From the NCBI RefSeq assembly GCF_031769215.1, contig NW_026782173.1, forward strand, positions 806,001 through 870,000: DNA of 64,000 nt, written 5' to 3'. Position 1 is the first letter of the stretch. Each line of letters starts with the position of its first letter. The notes below the pieces were generated by a model. That model did not search any database and was not told the DNA's origin. It was given only the letters and a program-made list of their open reading frames with translations. The position numbers and the translations under genes were made by a program. This DNA comes from Ylistrum balloti. Lineage: Eukaryota. This document shows positions 23,203 to 36,990 of this stretch, one piece after another.

Positions 23203-24029
23203 GGGCCATATATTGGAAGACTACCCAGTGTAAGTACGTTATGTATGATCGTAGCAAAATATTTAAATGCTCTCTGTACTAAAATGTTTAGTTCTGTTTT
23301 CAGACTTTCAAAAACAAAGTAGTGGAAAGGGTTTTTGGGAAATGTTGCCTAAACATGCAACCAGCCACACATAAAAATGTACTATACTAATATAGTTTGC
23401 ATTTACTACACCTGTTGTCTCACAGGAAAAGTATGTTTATAAAATATTTAATTAATAATTGCAGAAGGACCATTTAGTTTCATATCTATTGTTATCACCA
23501 CAATAATACAATTCTACCAACAAAGTTACTTTATTAATCAAATCTAAAATATCTTTTAAAAACTTGCCTAATCTACATCAGGGACGCTATCTACGCCCCT
23601 GTCTACATGTATATACATACTACATAGTCTGTCTGAAGTAGATTTAGAGAACACACCTGAAGTGGAGATTGTAGATATGCCCTCACGTTATGGTTGAGTA
23701 AGGACAATCGCTGATGTACACACAGACGTGGGAGTTCAAGTATGAGAGCAGCCCAAACCAGTTTCATTCAGAATCCTCTATGACAAGGCTCCTTACCCAC
23801 TTCTGATGATACGTTTGTTTTTACTCAAGTGTTCCGGTTAAGGGGCATAACTCTAACATATTTGTTCATGCCGGTTCAGAGTGGCATTTTTGAGACGCTT
23901 CCCTAATCTCATCAAGCAATCTCTAACAAGAAAAACAGAAACAGTTTAGGTAATCCCGTTATGTAATTCAGCCATATTACTCATGAATGTTTCATGACTT
24001 ATCAGATAATACGATAAAGATGTATACAA

Positions 24030-24710
24030 TAAATGTGGACACAACTAATCTACTTTTATTTGTTCCTGTGCTTAGGTATGCTTTATGTGTCTTTTTACTT
24101 TTGTAGTTTTGCGACATTATCCTGTCTGGCTTTTTACATATATGTGTGTATCTTTTTGTTTGATTTTTATTTATTATTTGCTACCCATCTGTATTTTCAT
24201 TTAATCTGTTGCATGATTTTTTTTTACTTTGGATAACCAGCAGTATTACTTCTAACATTAATTTCCTAGTCATAATTTTATTTTCATCGTTTCTCAGTAG
24301 TTTTAGCTTACACTATATTAGTGTATATCATGTCAATTTTTACACCTTGCTATATTAGCATGTATGTATGTTACACCGCCTTTGGTGTTTTACTAGTATA
24401 TATATATACAGAAATACTTGAGTGATATTCTAGTTTTCTATATTATGTTACGTAAACCTCACGTTTATTGTTCTCCTCTCTGTCCTAACTATTATATACT
24501 GCTGAGTTATCTTGTCAGTCTTATGTTTTACTAATTGTGCATGCTAGTCTGCTTTCTGTGATATATGTCTATAATTCTTATGTCCCATTTATTTACTTGA
24601 CATGTTCTGTTTTTATGTTGTTTGTCGCAGAAATAGCGCTACAGCGCTAATGTTGTCTCTGTTTTATATGTGCGACACTAAATAAAGTTTCTTGAATCTT
24701 GAATCTTGAA
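24030..24710 (+). mobile_element. 3' end of a 5'-truncated LINE (CR1/L2-like tail); 5' boundary uncertain
   Basis: T-rich tract, perfect hairpin TAGCGCT-ac-AGCGCTA (24634-24649), AATAAA (24681-24686), then a (TCTTGAA)3 tail. No recognisable RT coding sequence. Confidence 0.5.
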
Positions 24711-26799
24711 AGCTGTTCGGCGTAATCTGACCGGCTGCTTTGTGTGAAGTACAGTATACCTGTAGCACATAGGTATGATATTTAAAGGCTGTTGTGAATG
24801 TAGCAGTATATTTTAAAACTGCATTTACCTCTATCATTTCTATAAAATATTTTCGTAATAAAATTGTGTGAAAGGTGATAGAAACCAAGAAAGTAAAATC
24901 TTGCTTGGTACACGAATACGTCAATATAGCGTCATGTTAAAAGCAATCTTTACAAATACTGAAAATTGAACGAAACATGAAGAACGCTTTGTTTGGAAAG
25001 GGCAATTTCCCTTTCCCTTGTCGAATTTATTCGTAGGTTTGGTAAATTAAAACATCTCGCGACCCAAATTGGAGTACTTTTCGAAGAAAATTGTAAACAA
25101 TTTCTACCGAGTAATTTACAAATAGATAAGTCGACTTTCATCTCATGCTTCAGTAATATGTCAGCTGCGCGTATGTCTAAAAATAGAGCGCAACATGGCT
25201 TACAAACTGAGAAAGCAATGCGTTTCAACAGGTAAGAGTACACACAATGTTCGTTTTTTTAGAAATAATTAACATACTCTGAAATATTTGTTTTCGGTTT
25301 ATAAAACTTCACTTTCTCATTAATTTTAGTCACACTTACCTATAAAAATATTCATTTCAGCAATACCTTTCTGTATCTCCCTCCCCCCTCCCCCATTTTT
25401 TTAAATAGAGATAGCATTAATTAATTAATAACATAGAAGACAAACACTGATAAAAAAAATATCAAAGTTACTTAAACCTTGCTTGGAATAGTCATTATTC
25501 ATTAGTATAGTAAAAAAAATTCTGCGTGAGCTGTTTGAAAAAAAGTTCCATTTTCGGTACGTTAAGAATAAGTACTTCAAACAGAGAAAAACCCAAACAA
25601 ATCGTGATAATTCACATAGAATAAAATATTTATGAAGGCAGTTAAAGTTAACAACCCCATTGTAATGTACTAAAATAAAACAAGCCAATTATATCAAACA
25701 TACTACTGGTTACATGTAGGATCATAATGGATATAGACTTACAGTTGTTACACATCTGGAACTGTAAAGGCTTTATAGACACCATGTCTTGACTTTCTAT
25801 ACCATTTGTAGGTCAGTCTGGCTGTCCTGAGAATCTGTCCTTAATCTTCTTAAGAACACATTACAATTTCAATGTTTAGTTAATGACTGAAATCCTTTGC
25901 GTGCAGACGGTCATTTGGCTTGTAAATAGTAATAATGACGGCGCGAGCCCTTGATCCTAGTAGGATTATCACGTGTGTAAATGTACACGTGTATCGGGTG
26001 CTTACATGATGACACTGATAAAGTGGTGAACAGATTGCGAAACATTTCTGCGGCTGTTGGAAAGTTGAAAATCTTCTGAAATTTTTATTATAGTGTGAGT
26101 GACCCACTTTGATGTATCAAATCAGTGTACCTAATATTCAGTCTCAAAAATAACATCTCTTTGTCCTCCTATTATGATATCATATAAACTGATTTCATCT
26201 TTATTATCGGTTTGGGGAGTATAAAGTTGCAAATGATAAAAACATGGGGAAAAAAGTTGATAAAATAATGACAACTATTCAATATGTATGTGTTTTCAGA
26301 GATTCTTACAATTTTCCGTGGGAGATAAAATGCAGTCACAACCTGAATATTTCGGGATACTATTTGTCTTACACAGTTAACATTGAGCAGATGTCGACTG
26401 TAAACGTCCCATCCGACTGAATCCTAATAAAGTTCGACGTACAAGATAAAATAAGCAACGGTGACACGCCGATCGGGAGCAGGCCTAATCACCAGCCCGC
26501 AGACGTGATATGGGGTTTATCGTGTAATGGTTTCTATCGAGGCCGACTCGCGAGATCATCGATTTCTTATTATTTTGAAAGCAATACCAAGTTTTGTTTT
26601 TTATTGTTGACATTTGGATATAATATATAGCCCATCTAACCGCATAAACCTTTACCATGTTACCATATGTAATTCCATTATTTTTTATGGCGAGTCTCTG
26701 TTGGGCATGTGACGAGCAATCTTTAGATTTATGTGTATGGTATTTAAATATTATTCTTGGAAGGCTAGAATAAGAGATCGGCCGATTTGCTGATATTGT

Positions 26800-26956
26800 A
26801 TCATAAATAGGGGTCGTACATCCCGAAGGAAACAGATGTACCCCGGGAAAACCCAAGTAGTCGAGCTGGTAACCCCGGCCTTTTCACGTTCAGGGAATCG
26901 AACCCCGGATGGCTAGGTGAAAGGCGAACGCGTTACGACTGCGCCACAGGACCACC
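26800..26956 (-). mobile_element. tRNA-derived SINE (best-preserved copy in the window)
   Basis: Minus strand: GTGGCGCAGTCGTAACGCG (A box) and GGTTCGATTCCC (B box), then core gggttttcccggggtacatctgtttcc. No proper tRNA acceptor stem. Confidence 0.7.
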
Positions 26957-27359
26957 GAAATGTGTTTATATGCTCCACCGTCAGAAAGTAATCCATGAAA
27001 CGTGTAAGTGGTAATCACCGACAAAAACTTCAATATTAACCATTATTTTATAAACAACAAAGGTAGCACCTAACCTTTCCCCCAGAAACAGAAAACATCC
27101 CACGTAACAATTATTCTACGTGCAAACACTGCACATTGAAACTACACAGGGACCATATCGTCCCAACTGCTATGTTCCAGAGCACAAAGAAACCATATTG
27201 TCAAGACTCCCTCAGTTTCAGTGTACAAAGACACACAAGTGAACAGCATCTTTGAATAAAAAAATAGAATACAAAATGGTCAAATAATGAATTAAACTGC
27301 ATCATACAGCTGTTTCATCCTTCTAAGACTGGTCAGTGATGCTAAGGACCTAGATATCA

Positions 27360-27760
27360 CAGACTTAGCTCTCAGTGTACACAGAACACTAGACTGTTTA
27401 GACTAAGTCCCAGTGTACACAAAGACGGAATGAGTTTTAGAGTACGTAGAAACAATTTGTGTAAGGTCCAGTGTATAAAAATACTCTGAATGACTAAATT
27501 CGAAAGTAAACCGGAAAGAATATTGTCTAGACTAAGTTCCAATGTCTGAAGGAACAAAATGTCCAAATTGAGTTAAGTGCACACAGAAATTGGATAGAGT
27601 GAGTGACGGTGTACATAGAGACTAAATTCCAGAGACATACACTATATTCCATTGTACAAACAAAACTGTCCAAGCTCATTAAGTTCAAGTCTACAGTGAA
27701 CCCAAATTGCCAAGATTAAATGATATCCAATGAATGCAAAGTCTGACTACACAGAAACCA
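27360..27760. repeat. Highly degenerate minisatellite (~30-40 bp units, motif gactaagttccagtgtacacagaaac)
   Basis: Recurrent cagtgtacaca and gactaa[ag]t[tc]c motifs at irregular ~35-bp spacing. Confidence 0.5.
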
Positions 27761-29069
27761 AATTATTTACACTGATGAGGCACTTAGCATGGACAGGAAT
27801 GGCTCATCAAGTTGATATTACGAACAAAAAACCTTTGTTTAACGGCTTTCATTTTTGCACGGAAAAGGAACACGCTCGGAAGAAAATTACATCTCAAACA
27901 TAAAAGTCTTACATAATTTTTATGTTTTTTTTTTATTTTTATGATCTATGCATTTCGAGCGACGTAAAAGCGCCAGTGTTGGTCTCACTAGGATTCATCC
28001 AGCACATATAGAGTGGATTAATTCATTTAGACACCATAAAAGTTTGATATCTAATTTGTAATCCCTCCTAGAACAAAAAACATCCAAATAATACTATGGA
28101 ATACACGACTCAGACTTAACATCAGGGAGCTATCTAAAGCAACTTTTTTCTTAATGCTAGACAAAGAATGGTTTTATTGGAAATAATCAAATCTCAGATT
28201 TTCTCTTCAAAATAAATCTTTATTTTCGAGTAGTAACTGTAAATTTCCCCATGGCCTTGGTATTTTGTATTGAGCGAATTGATCGTCTGTAACCTATAGT
28301 ACAAGTTCCCTGGTATATGTCAAACTAATAGATTGATTCTGACAGTGACTTCAAGCCGCCTTCAATAATTAGCCTATTCTGTTACCGGGCCATGTTAATG
28401 CTGATAATCGGGTCATGCTTGGTCCCTCGTGATCGAACTGAAGCCAAGAAAGTTATCGCATTAACAGATTGCCAGACTTGAATAATTATCCCAGTTGTAT
28501 CATTTATCCTATGTTAGGAGAGTCCTTGCTACAGTAAATGAATCATTTAGAATATTGTTTGAAATTTTTGACATGTGAATCTTTCTCAGTAACTCTAAAA
28601 TTGACCGAATTCATTTGTATGATATTTTGCATTACAGGACCAGACAAACACAATCTTTGCTCCTTTGCTTCATCTCTTCAAAATCATTTCACTATTTCAT
28701 ATTCCATTTATTAAAATCATCATTTTGAGTCAAGTTCGTCTGCCTTGCAGACAACACGTAAAAGTTTTACCCCCTCCCCTCCTTCCATTTCACATCCTCG
28801 ATGCTCCAGGGGATACGATCACTCTATTCACCCTGGAATGTGTCATCGCAAAATTGAAGGTTCCATGTGCGACATCGTGTTGTTGTTAGATGAAACTAAA
28901 TTTGGAATCGATAATTTTTTAAAACAACCATGTTTCCTTATATATTCTTTAAAACTATCTCACTTTTGACGTTAGTCGGGCGTTTACCTTGCAAGGAAGA
29001 CTTTAAATTATGTCTCCAAGAGACATAGCAGAGTCTTAATAGTAGTTACTGCTATCTACTTATTTTAAT

Positions 29070-29330
29070 ATGGTGGTAGGGTAACGACCTGGTTCGGCCT
29101 TTGAAATATACAATGTGACTGAGGTGATTGTCCAGTTTAGGGCCTTAGGTTGTATACTTCAAGGTGATAGCACTATAAATCGGCTCAGTTCCGCACCTTT
29201 ACAATGAGGCTTATCGAATGATATCCTATCCTCCTACAAACACTCGCACTCAACATATACACTCGCTTCGCGTGCATGGCCGTCCTTACCTGGCCATAGC
29301 TGTGGAAAGGACATTAAACAATATAAAACC
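29070..29330 (+). mobile_element. SINE of a second family (3' end like abundant oyster SINEs)
   Basis: gatagcactataaatcggc...ccgcac...gccgtccttacctggccatagctgtggaaaggacattaaacaatataaaacc resembles the recalled bivalve SINE body and 3' end (cgtcctt...agctgt...ggacgttaaac plus A-rich tail). Confidence 0.55.
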
Positions 29331-32300
29331 ATTATGATCAGCGTTATTTCAACTCTTTTTCGTCGTTGTTAAACGCGATTCAGCATAAGATGTAAACATT
29401 TAGAGGATGTCAGACAATTTAAAACATTAACTTGAATACCATCAATACGTATTGAAATCATACCAGTATCAATACGAATCAATTACGTCACGAACGCCTC
29501 TGGGTTTCATGCAGTGTGGATAAACAGGTCTATGTTATCCAGCGCAACAGAAAAGTTAAAATGGTCGACAGTGATTTAATCCTTGTCTCGTAAACAAAAG
29601 ACAATCACAAAAAATAGGCATAGACATGCTCGGTGTGAGTGTACTTGATAATACAAGTGCATTTGTTGTCATACATTTTTTTATTCTAAACATTTAATTA
29701 TATCAAACATTTTTCCTAACAAGTAAACAACACTACCAAATAACAAGGGATGCTGATACAGGTAATGGCCCGTGGCAAGTACTGCTGTAGTAATTTCTGT
29801 TGTTAGGATCACGATGGTGAGTATTGTCGCCGTGGTAGCCTGAGTTAATGAGGCAGACATCCTCGACAGACGCGCGAGAGGAATTAGAGACAAGATGATG
29901 ACACGACTACAATGTAACTTATCACGACATTATTGTCGATGTCCAGCATACTCCGGAAATAGTACCGTACTTGTGTTGTTCGTATTTAATCAATTCCGGT
30001 CGATACACCGCAACCTAGCAGTACAGGGTTTAAACACGTCAACAGGATAAGGGCATCAAATACACCGTTTCATCACACCTCGCCTTAAATCAAAGAACAA
30101 AGATATATGCGAAGGTATGATGACCTCCGTAAATCTATCCCATCGCTTCTATCAACCGAACCCCAAAATCGATGTAAAGCAATGACGAATGTCTGGGTAT
30201 AAATGGCGACCCACACTTCGGCTGCTTCTGAAGCCTGCATCATTTGTCGTAAAACTCCACAAGTCAACTTCACTAACCAACTAGCAATGGACTGTTCGCT
30301 TCACTTTATCAGAAAGCGACGATCTGCCATTGACAGCTACTACTCTATAAGATAAATACAACAGTAGTTCATATTCTAACATGAGAATCGACTCTGCCCT
30401 CTGGTTTGAGTACAAACAGTTTTTATTAGAAACTTTTTTTTTCTTTTTTAAATCTCCTAACCTTTATTTTGTCTCTATTCTGACTGTTTGATATCCTCAT
30501 CTGCTTAGCTTTGGGACGACTTCTTACTGATACAATCTTAGTCGGTAATCTAAGCTAGTCTTGGCTGATCAATATGATTTACCATTAGAAACGCCAAAGC
30601 AGACGAAACGGAAGAGCATAAACAATGGAAGGTCAAAGAGACATATGATTGATGTCGCGCCACCAACAGTGTCATATGGGCGTTTGAATGTTATATAGTC
30701 GTATATAGAAATGTGATACAAGCTACACGTACGTCGGTTCTTACAATTCCTCCTCAAATTATAGGATAGATCACGATAAATATAACGATTTATCATCAGT
30801 GCCAACGATCTCTTAACAATGTTCATGACGACAAAATAATCTTTCATGCCATATCTTGTTTCATCAGATATTTACTAGAAGAACGAAAAATAACACTCAC
30901 AACTTCTTTTGAAAAAAATCTGTGATACATTGTTCACTTGACCTGATATCAGACGTTGAAATGGCTGTTTCCGATTCCGGATAATGATCTATTAAGATAT
31001 ATTGACGTTTCTGCTAGATTACTTGGCAAACCGGAAGTACATGACAGCTGCAATGAGGACACATTTGCCAAGGACAGACGTGATCAAAGTTGGATATATT
31101 CCTACCTCTATGATTGTTAAATGAATCATTGTAGTATCTGGGTTATAGCAATTCATAATGACTGTATTGACAGTTATTGTTAAGGGATTGTATTTTTGCT
31201 ATTTTTCAAAATAGAAAAAAAAAAAAAATTATAACCATAAAATTAATAGAGAAAAACTACGGTCCATTTCACGATTTCACGATAAAAAGGTTGTATGAGC
31301 AGTTCGCATTAATGTTTGTGTGATTTTTGCGCGTTCCTAAACAAAACAGGTACACAGAACAATTTATATAAATGTTTCAAAACTTTAGCAATGTATGACT
31401 ATCACAGAGTCAACACTTCTGCAATAGGTATTAATGTGCATGATCGTGTGTGCATGTATGTTCCACATTAATAGCTTTAAGGAAATCAGCTTTCTGACAA
31501 AACACATTTATAGAAATATATACTGAAGCTTTGATTGTAAAATGACATTACCTCGAGGCATTTGTCAGATGCTTCGAACATACACGTATCTGCCATCGAT
31601 CTTTGTACTGCTTATCAAATATACTACTGACCAGACGAACCTTGATATAAAAGACATACATTATAGGAGACGTTCTAGCCAAGACAACAGCCGTCCAAAG
31701 GTATCAAATACACATTGAACAGTCGACCTTCAGAAAGTCATATTCATGAATCATTCAAAGCAAGACTAACATTTTTGGATGACCATGATCCCTGATGTCC
31801 AGAAGATCTAGCACGCCTTAATGTCTATGTACTTATTTGTATAAACGAAATGTAGACGACTGCTGCATGTAATACGATGTAACATTTGAATATATTTTAT
31901 TCATATTTAGTATATTTGTGAATTGGATTGTAAAGTATGTTCAATATGATAGTAATTTATCATGTAAAATTAGAGATTTATGTTCAAATAATTGTGATAT
32001 ACTTAGATATCCATTGCACAAAAAGATATTCATATTCAATATATATAAAATTTAAACAAATTGTCAATTAATGATTGAATTTTATGAAACAAGTCTTAGG
32101 AATATTAAATTTTGCAAACCATGGCGAGCACAAGTTAAAACATATTTTAGACATTCAAAACAGCTATATTTTGACAGGTTTGAAGTGGTTAATGTGTAGG
32201 GCAAAATCAATTGGAGCCAGTCGTTTTGTTGTGTCATTTTTAACTTATCATGTAACTTCATTGTTTATCTGCCATCACAGTCACAGTGAAACTCCCCTGG

Positions 32301-35300
32301 GTATATTCTACAACTGACATATACGCAAAAATACATTGGATGGCAGGCGGATAATTGACAGATTTAGATACAAATGTTATTTAGAGTTAACAGGGTAACA
32401 GTTTGTCAGTGTGTAATAGAGACCCGGAAGTAACTAACGTTTTAGAATAATGAAGCTCTTACATTGATTTTTTGACCTTTCAACAGCTGATGTCAGAGGA
32501 CAGTAGGCACAACAGGATGCCCTTCTTTTCTGAGCAAACATTCACGTCATTGCCAAAAATTGAAAATCAATAGGAAACGAAAAGGTAGTAAGCGAACAGA
32601 TAATATAAATATACCACATGTATCAATATGAACAGCAGATTCTGTAAAGAACATAAAGACAAGTCCCTAAGTGTTATTATCATACCGACTCGACCACTAC
32701 ATACGACTAGCAAGGATCTCCGTATGTTTGTCTCTGGTATGATAAAAATGTACTTTTAAATGCATACATCCCTTCCCTTGATGTTTGTTGAATGGAATTG
32801 ACGTATTCTAACCAGACATACCACTAAATGAACTTGTACACGCACATGAAATTGTTTTATTTACTTGGAAAGAAAAAAACAGACGTCATACTGTGTAGGT
32901 AGTCCTTGCTGACGAGACTGGTTAGTGTTGCAGATAGCCATTGCCCTGGACAAGCAACCTTCTCTTTGGAATTCAATGACCATTCTAAATGAAATTCAAT
33001 CCTCTGTAGCAATGTTTTATATGCATAAAGTTCTTCTAAAACGTCTTTCTTGATTGGTTTTATTAGGACGGGTACCATCAGCATCAGATAACTCCTTTCC
33101 ACGTTGTTCTACAGTTTACGTTTTCTGACAAATGTGATAATGATTTTTTATATATATTTTTATTCACTTGTTTGTTTATTACTCTGCTACGCATACCTAT
33201 TTGGTATATTTATTTATTCCCAATATTTTCCCTTTATGTTTTTGGACTGAGGCTTATGTACGATAAACAGGATACTTAACACTATTTTGATCTGCACATG
33301 TTTCCAGAATTATTATACAAGCACCACACATATCGCATTGTCATCGCTGTAGATATAGGCGATGGAGGCACCTGGTAATCTAGCAAATATAAACTGATGC
33401 GTCTTTGAAAGTAAAGAGTGTAACCAGACAGTTGATAATAGGCAAGCTTCTGACAATAGATAGCTGGTATAGAAATGACATTCTGCCCTGCTAAGTATTA
33501 TTAATATTATAAAAGCTATATATTAGGTGTAGTTTCCTGATCAAATGGTCCAGTCAGAAAGGACATAAGTCATATTAACAGATAACTCTGCCAATTCTTC
33601 CTAATTAATCACTAGCATAAGGACGTGAACTCATAATATGACAGTGTAACATGAAATGGGATTTCACGAAAGAAAGGGGAAAATACTCAAACATCACCAG
33701 TTTGAACTGAACGTCATTCTGATCAATTACATTCTCGTATTTACATGCATTAAAATTCATACATTCATGTTCATCCTATTCAATACTGGGCGACTAACAA
33801 ATGGCGCAAAGTACTACTTTAAAAACTTTGGTTGGTCACAACTTTGGGACAGACCCAACAGGTATTGTAAAGAGAGAAAATGGAAAGGAGAAACGTGTTT
33901 AGAAAATAATGAAGTGTCTACAGCTGTAATAACGGATTTGTTTATGTAAATATTCCACATTTATGACAAACAAGCTTGAATAACAATTTGTGATGTGTGA
34001 ATTTAGAACGGTCATATAACAGCTCTTTTAAGGTCTTCAGAATATCAACAAGAACTAATTATAACAAATTGAATAACATTATTGTTTTACATAAACAGTA
34101 GCTCACAAATGTATTATATACCATTAACACATTTGACGGACTTAATGCGGCATCTATTAACCTGTTACATGTAAAACAACTGTCCAATAAATGGGAATGT
34201 AACCAGGAAACAGACAACAAGAGCTCAGAATCCTGTTGCATCACTTTATGTTAAGACAAATGTAAACAAGCTGTTCTGAATATTGTTATATGTTTAACAA
34301 GAGTACAACACATGTGATTTCATTTTTATGTTCCGTAACTTAATGCAAATACAACGAAAACATTACACAGACTTATCGTTTGTTAGTTTTGGCTTTAAAG
34401 TATCTCAGTGAAATGAAGACCGTGCTGATGGATAACAGAATCTTTGTAAATTGTGTGAGTCAAACAAATTAAATGTCGTGTACAACGTATTGATACTTTA
34501 CAGTTAATCACCCAGTATTGTAAACTATATGTCTTGAATTATGAGGCAAGCGCAATATTGGTTTTCTCAGTCTTTTCTTAAGACTTTGACTCCAAGCATC
34601 ACCAACTAGTTAGAGAAGAAAGAAACAGCTGTATAATGCAGTTAAATTCATCTTTCCTAATTCTAAATTTGTATTGAATGGCGAAACACATTTGTTTTGT
34701 TTCGTTTTTTATACAATGCTTCCAAGTATTGTTGTGTTTAAGCAGAGACAATATCATGCAAAATCTTTTCCTTTAAAGGCATAGATATCAGTAAGTTGAA
34801 AGATGCCTTTGTCAGGATGCATAATTTCCAAAGGTTTCTGAAAAGCACTTTTTTGATTTCTATTCGTGTCAATTCACTGCATCCTTGGAACTTTAGAACT
34901 TACATCTACTTATGATCTCTGCATTGATATCGTAAAGTTATTGTAACCATGGAAATGCGATGATGCCAACTGCCGTTCAACGTGAAAATGGAAAATGGAC
35001 AGGTTAACAACAACCAAAAGATTTATCACCTACAGAATACAGATGAGCAATAGGCACATCCACAACCAATTTTTAACAACAGATTGATAATGGTCTTTCT
35101 TCGTCGTTGGGTGATTATTGATGTGCTTCCGGTCCGAATATGATACAGGGCTTTACATCACAGCAACAGTCCGGGTTATATTGACAATGTTCCCGGATGA
35201 TTGCACCGCTGAATAAAATGCTATAAGCTGGATTTGGAAGCTACCAATACGAATTATTAAAAAAGATCCTTCCGTGCTTTGTTCGTCTTGTAACAAAAGG

Positions 35301-36924
35301 GTAATATGGGCACGGTCTCAAATGGAGTGACTCAGGAGTAATTTAAGAGTGATTAAACAATAAATATTCTTGTTCCTACTAAACGTGTGATTTGTCGGAA
35401 AATTCAAGAGGTGTTTGAATGAGATTGTTATAAGTAAAATATTATTACTGATTTTATGAACTTGTTTAGAAAGGTTAAAATGAAATACGTTATTGGATGC
35501 GGTATCGTTTTAAGAATACAAATATGAGGATTAATTAAGAAAATAAAATACTTTATTAAGACTGACGACATTAGGAGTTTTGATACGTAGACAGCTGACA
35601 AAAAATGTCTTAAAACATTGTCAGGGGAGAATGAATCGTTATTTTCTTGAGGAGTGAGTCATGAAATAAAAACCTGAGATCCGATATGTTTTCAAATGTG
35701 ATGTTTACACATCATAAACAAAAATTACAATGACAGCCTAAAGGAACAAGTAAAAGATCTGTTGTGTGTCATGGTATTTCATAATAATTATGACTAAAGC
35801 AAGCACATCATGCAACCGGCCTTCCAATTAAATTTCTACGACTTCGTGAAGATAATTGGTTTCATTTCCGTGTGGATTTGGGTCATCAAGGTATGTACAA
35901 CCTAGAATATAACCGATAGTCAAGGAAGGGGGATTAAAATGGCGTCCAAGTACAATGCATGGAGTAATTTAATAAAATAGTAGAACTTATTAAATATTCC
36001 GATATGATGTTCATGTTGTTGTAGCGGAACTGAGATGGGTGACTTCCGTACATCGATTGGCGAGAACGCATGCCTACAGCGCGTTGATATCAGATTCGAA
36101 TCAGGACCAGTCATGTTACATTTTTTCTCCCACGTGTGAAAAAACATTTTTTCTGATAAAGGAGTTTTCTTTTATTTCCAAATTTCTGCAATCACGTTAT
36201 TAACTTGTTATGGGTTCTTTATCTAAGACATCAGATTGTACCTTGATATCTCTCAAGGCTGTTTCTGCAGTATGAGTTTTTCTACTCCTGAGCAACAACG
36301 GCTTGCCTGGCAAACCATTCGACAAAACGATGGTTTGTTTCCTGACAACGACAAATAACAAAAATTGGCAAGTTATTGGTCTCTGACTGTCATTTAGCGT
36401 AAAACAAGTCATTGAAAAACATTCCCATTGTTTGTAAAATGTCAAAATAGAGGGAGTCATATTACCATGTACAGGTTGTGATATTTCAATTTGATGGCGC
36501 TTTAAATGACATTTAACGTGCATCCATAACCATCTTCATGTGACGTTTGAGTTGTTGAGTGTTCGCGCAAGTGAGGAGAGCTATATGTTTTGTTCTAAAG
36601 CCTTGAAATACTAATGCGGAAAAGTCATCAAACTTGTATTTGGTGTTTCCTCTTTGTCACGCAAGGAGGCGGAGGGATCTCTTTCAAAAGTATAGTACAA
36701 GGTGTGTTAGTAAGCTTTGATATTGTTAATGGGTTTGCCTTGTGATATAGCAAAAACCATGTACACCATGGAACAGTTAAGGAAAGAAGAAAATGCCCAT
36801 AGCGTCTTTCCCTTGAAATGTTAATTAGGAGGAATTTTGAAGTTACGTTGGAGGGAAAACAATTATATTTTGTCACCTGCTAAATTAATTTGATCTTGAG
36901 TATGTAACCCTAGTAAAATAATAA

Positions 36925-36990
36925 CCGTATTTAGCTCGATGGGTTGAGACTAGTTAGCCGGAGGTTCCGGGTTCGAAACCTTGTTGAAGC
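36925..36990 (+). mobile_element. Isolated tRNA-like SINE head
   Basis: TAGCTCGATGG (A-box-like, 36932) and GGTTCGAAACC (B box, 36970); no cloverleaf closure. Confidence 0.35.

Noticed and set aside
24033-24236. Hydrophobic 67-aa ORF
   Set aside because: A compositional artefact of the T-rich LINE 3' region.
26900-26956. tRNA gene
   Set aside because: A and B boxes are present, but there is no acceptor-stem closure and it is followed by a SINE core. The same applies to 8428-8480 and 36925-36990.
35120-35210. Cys-rich minus-strand frame GAIIREHCQYNPDCCCDVKPCIIFGPEAHQ* as a possible antimicrobial peptide exon
   Set aside because: No upstream signal-peptide exon was found, the acceptor is weak, and the Cys pattern matches no family I recognise.
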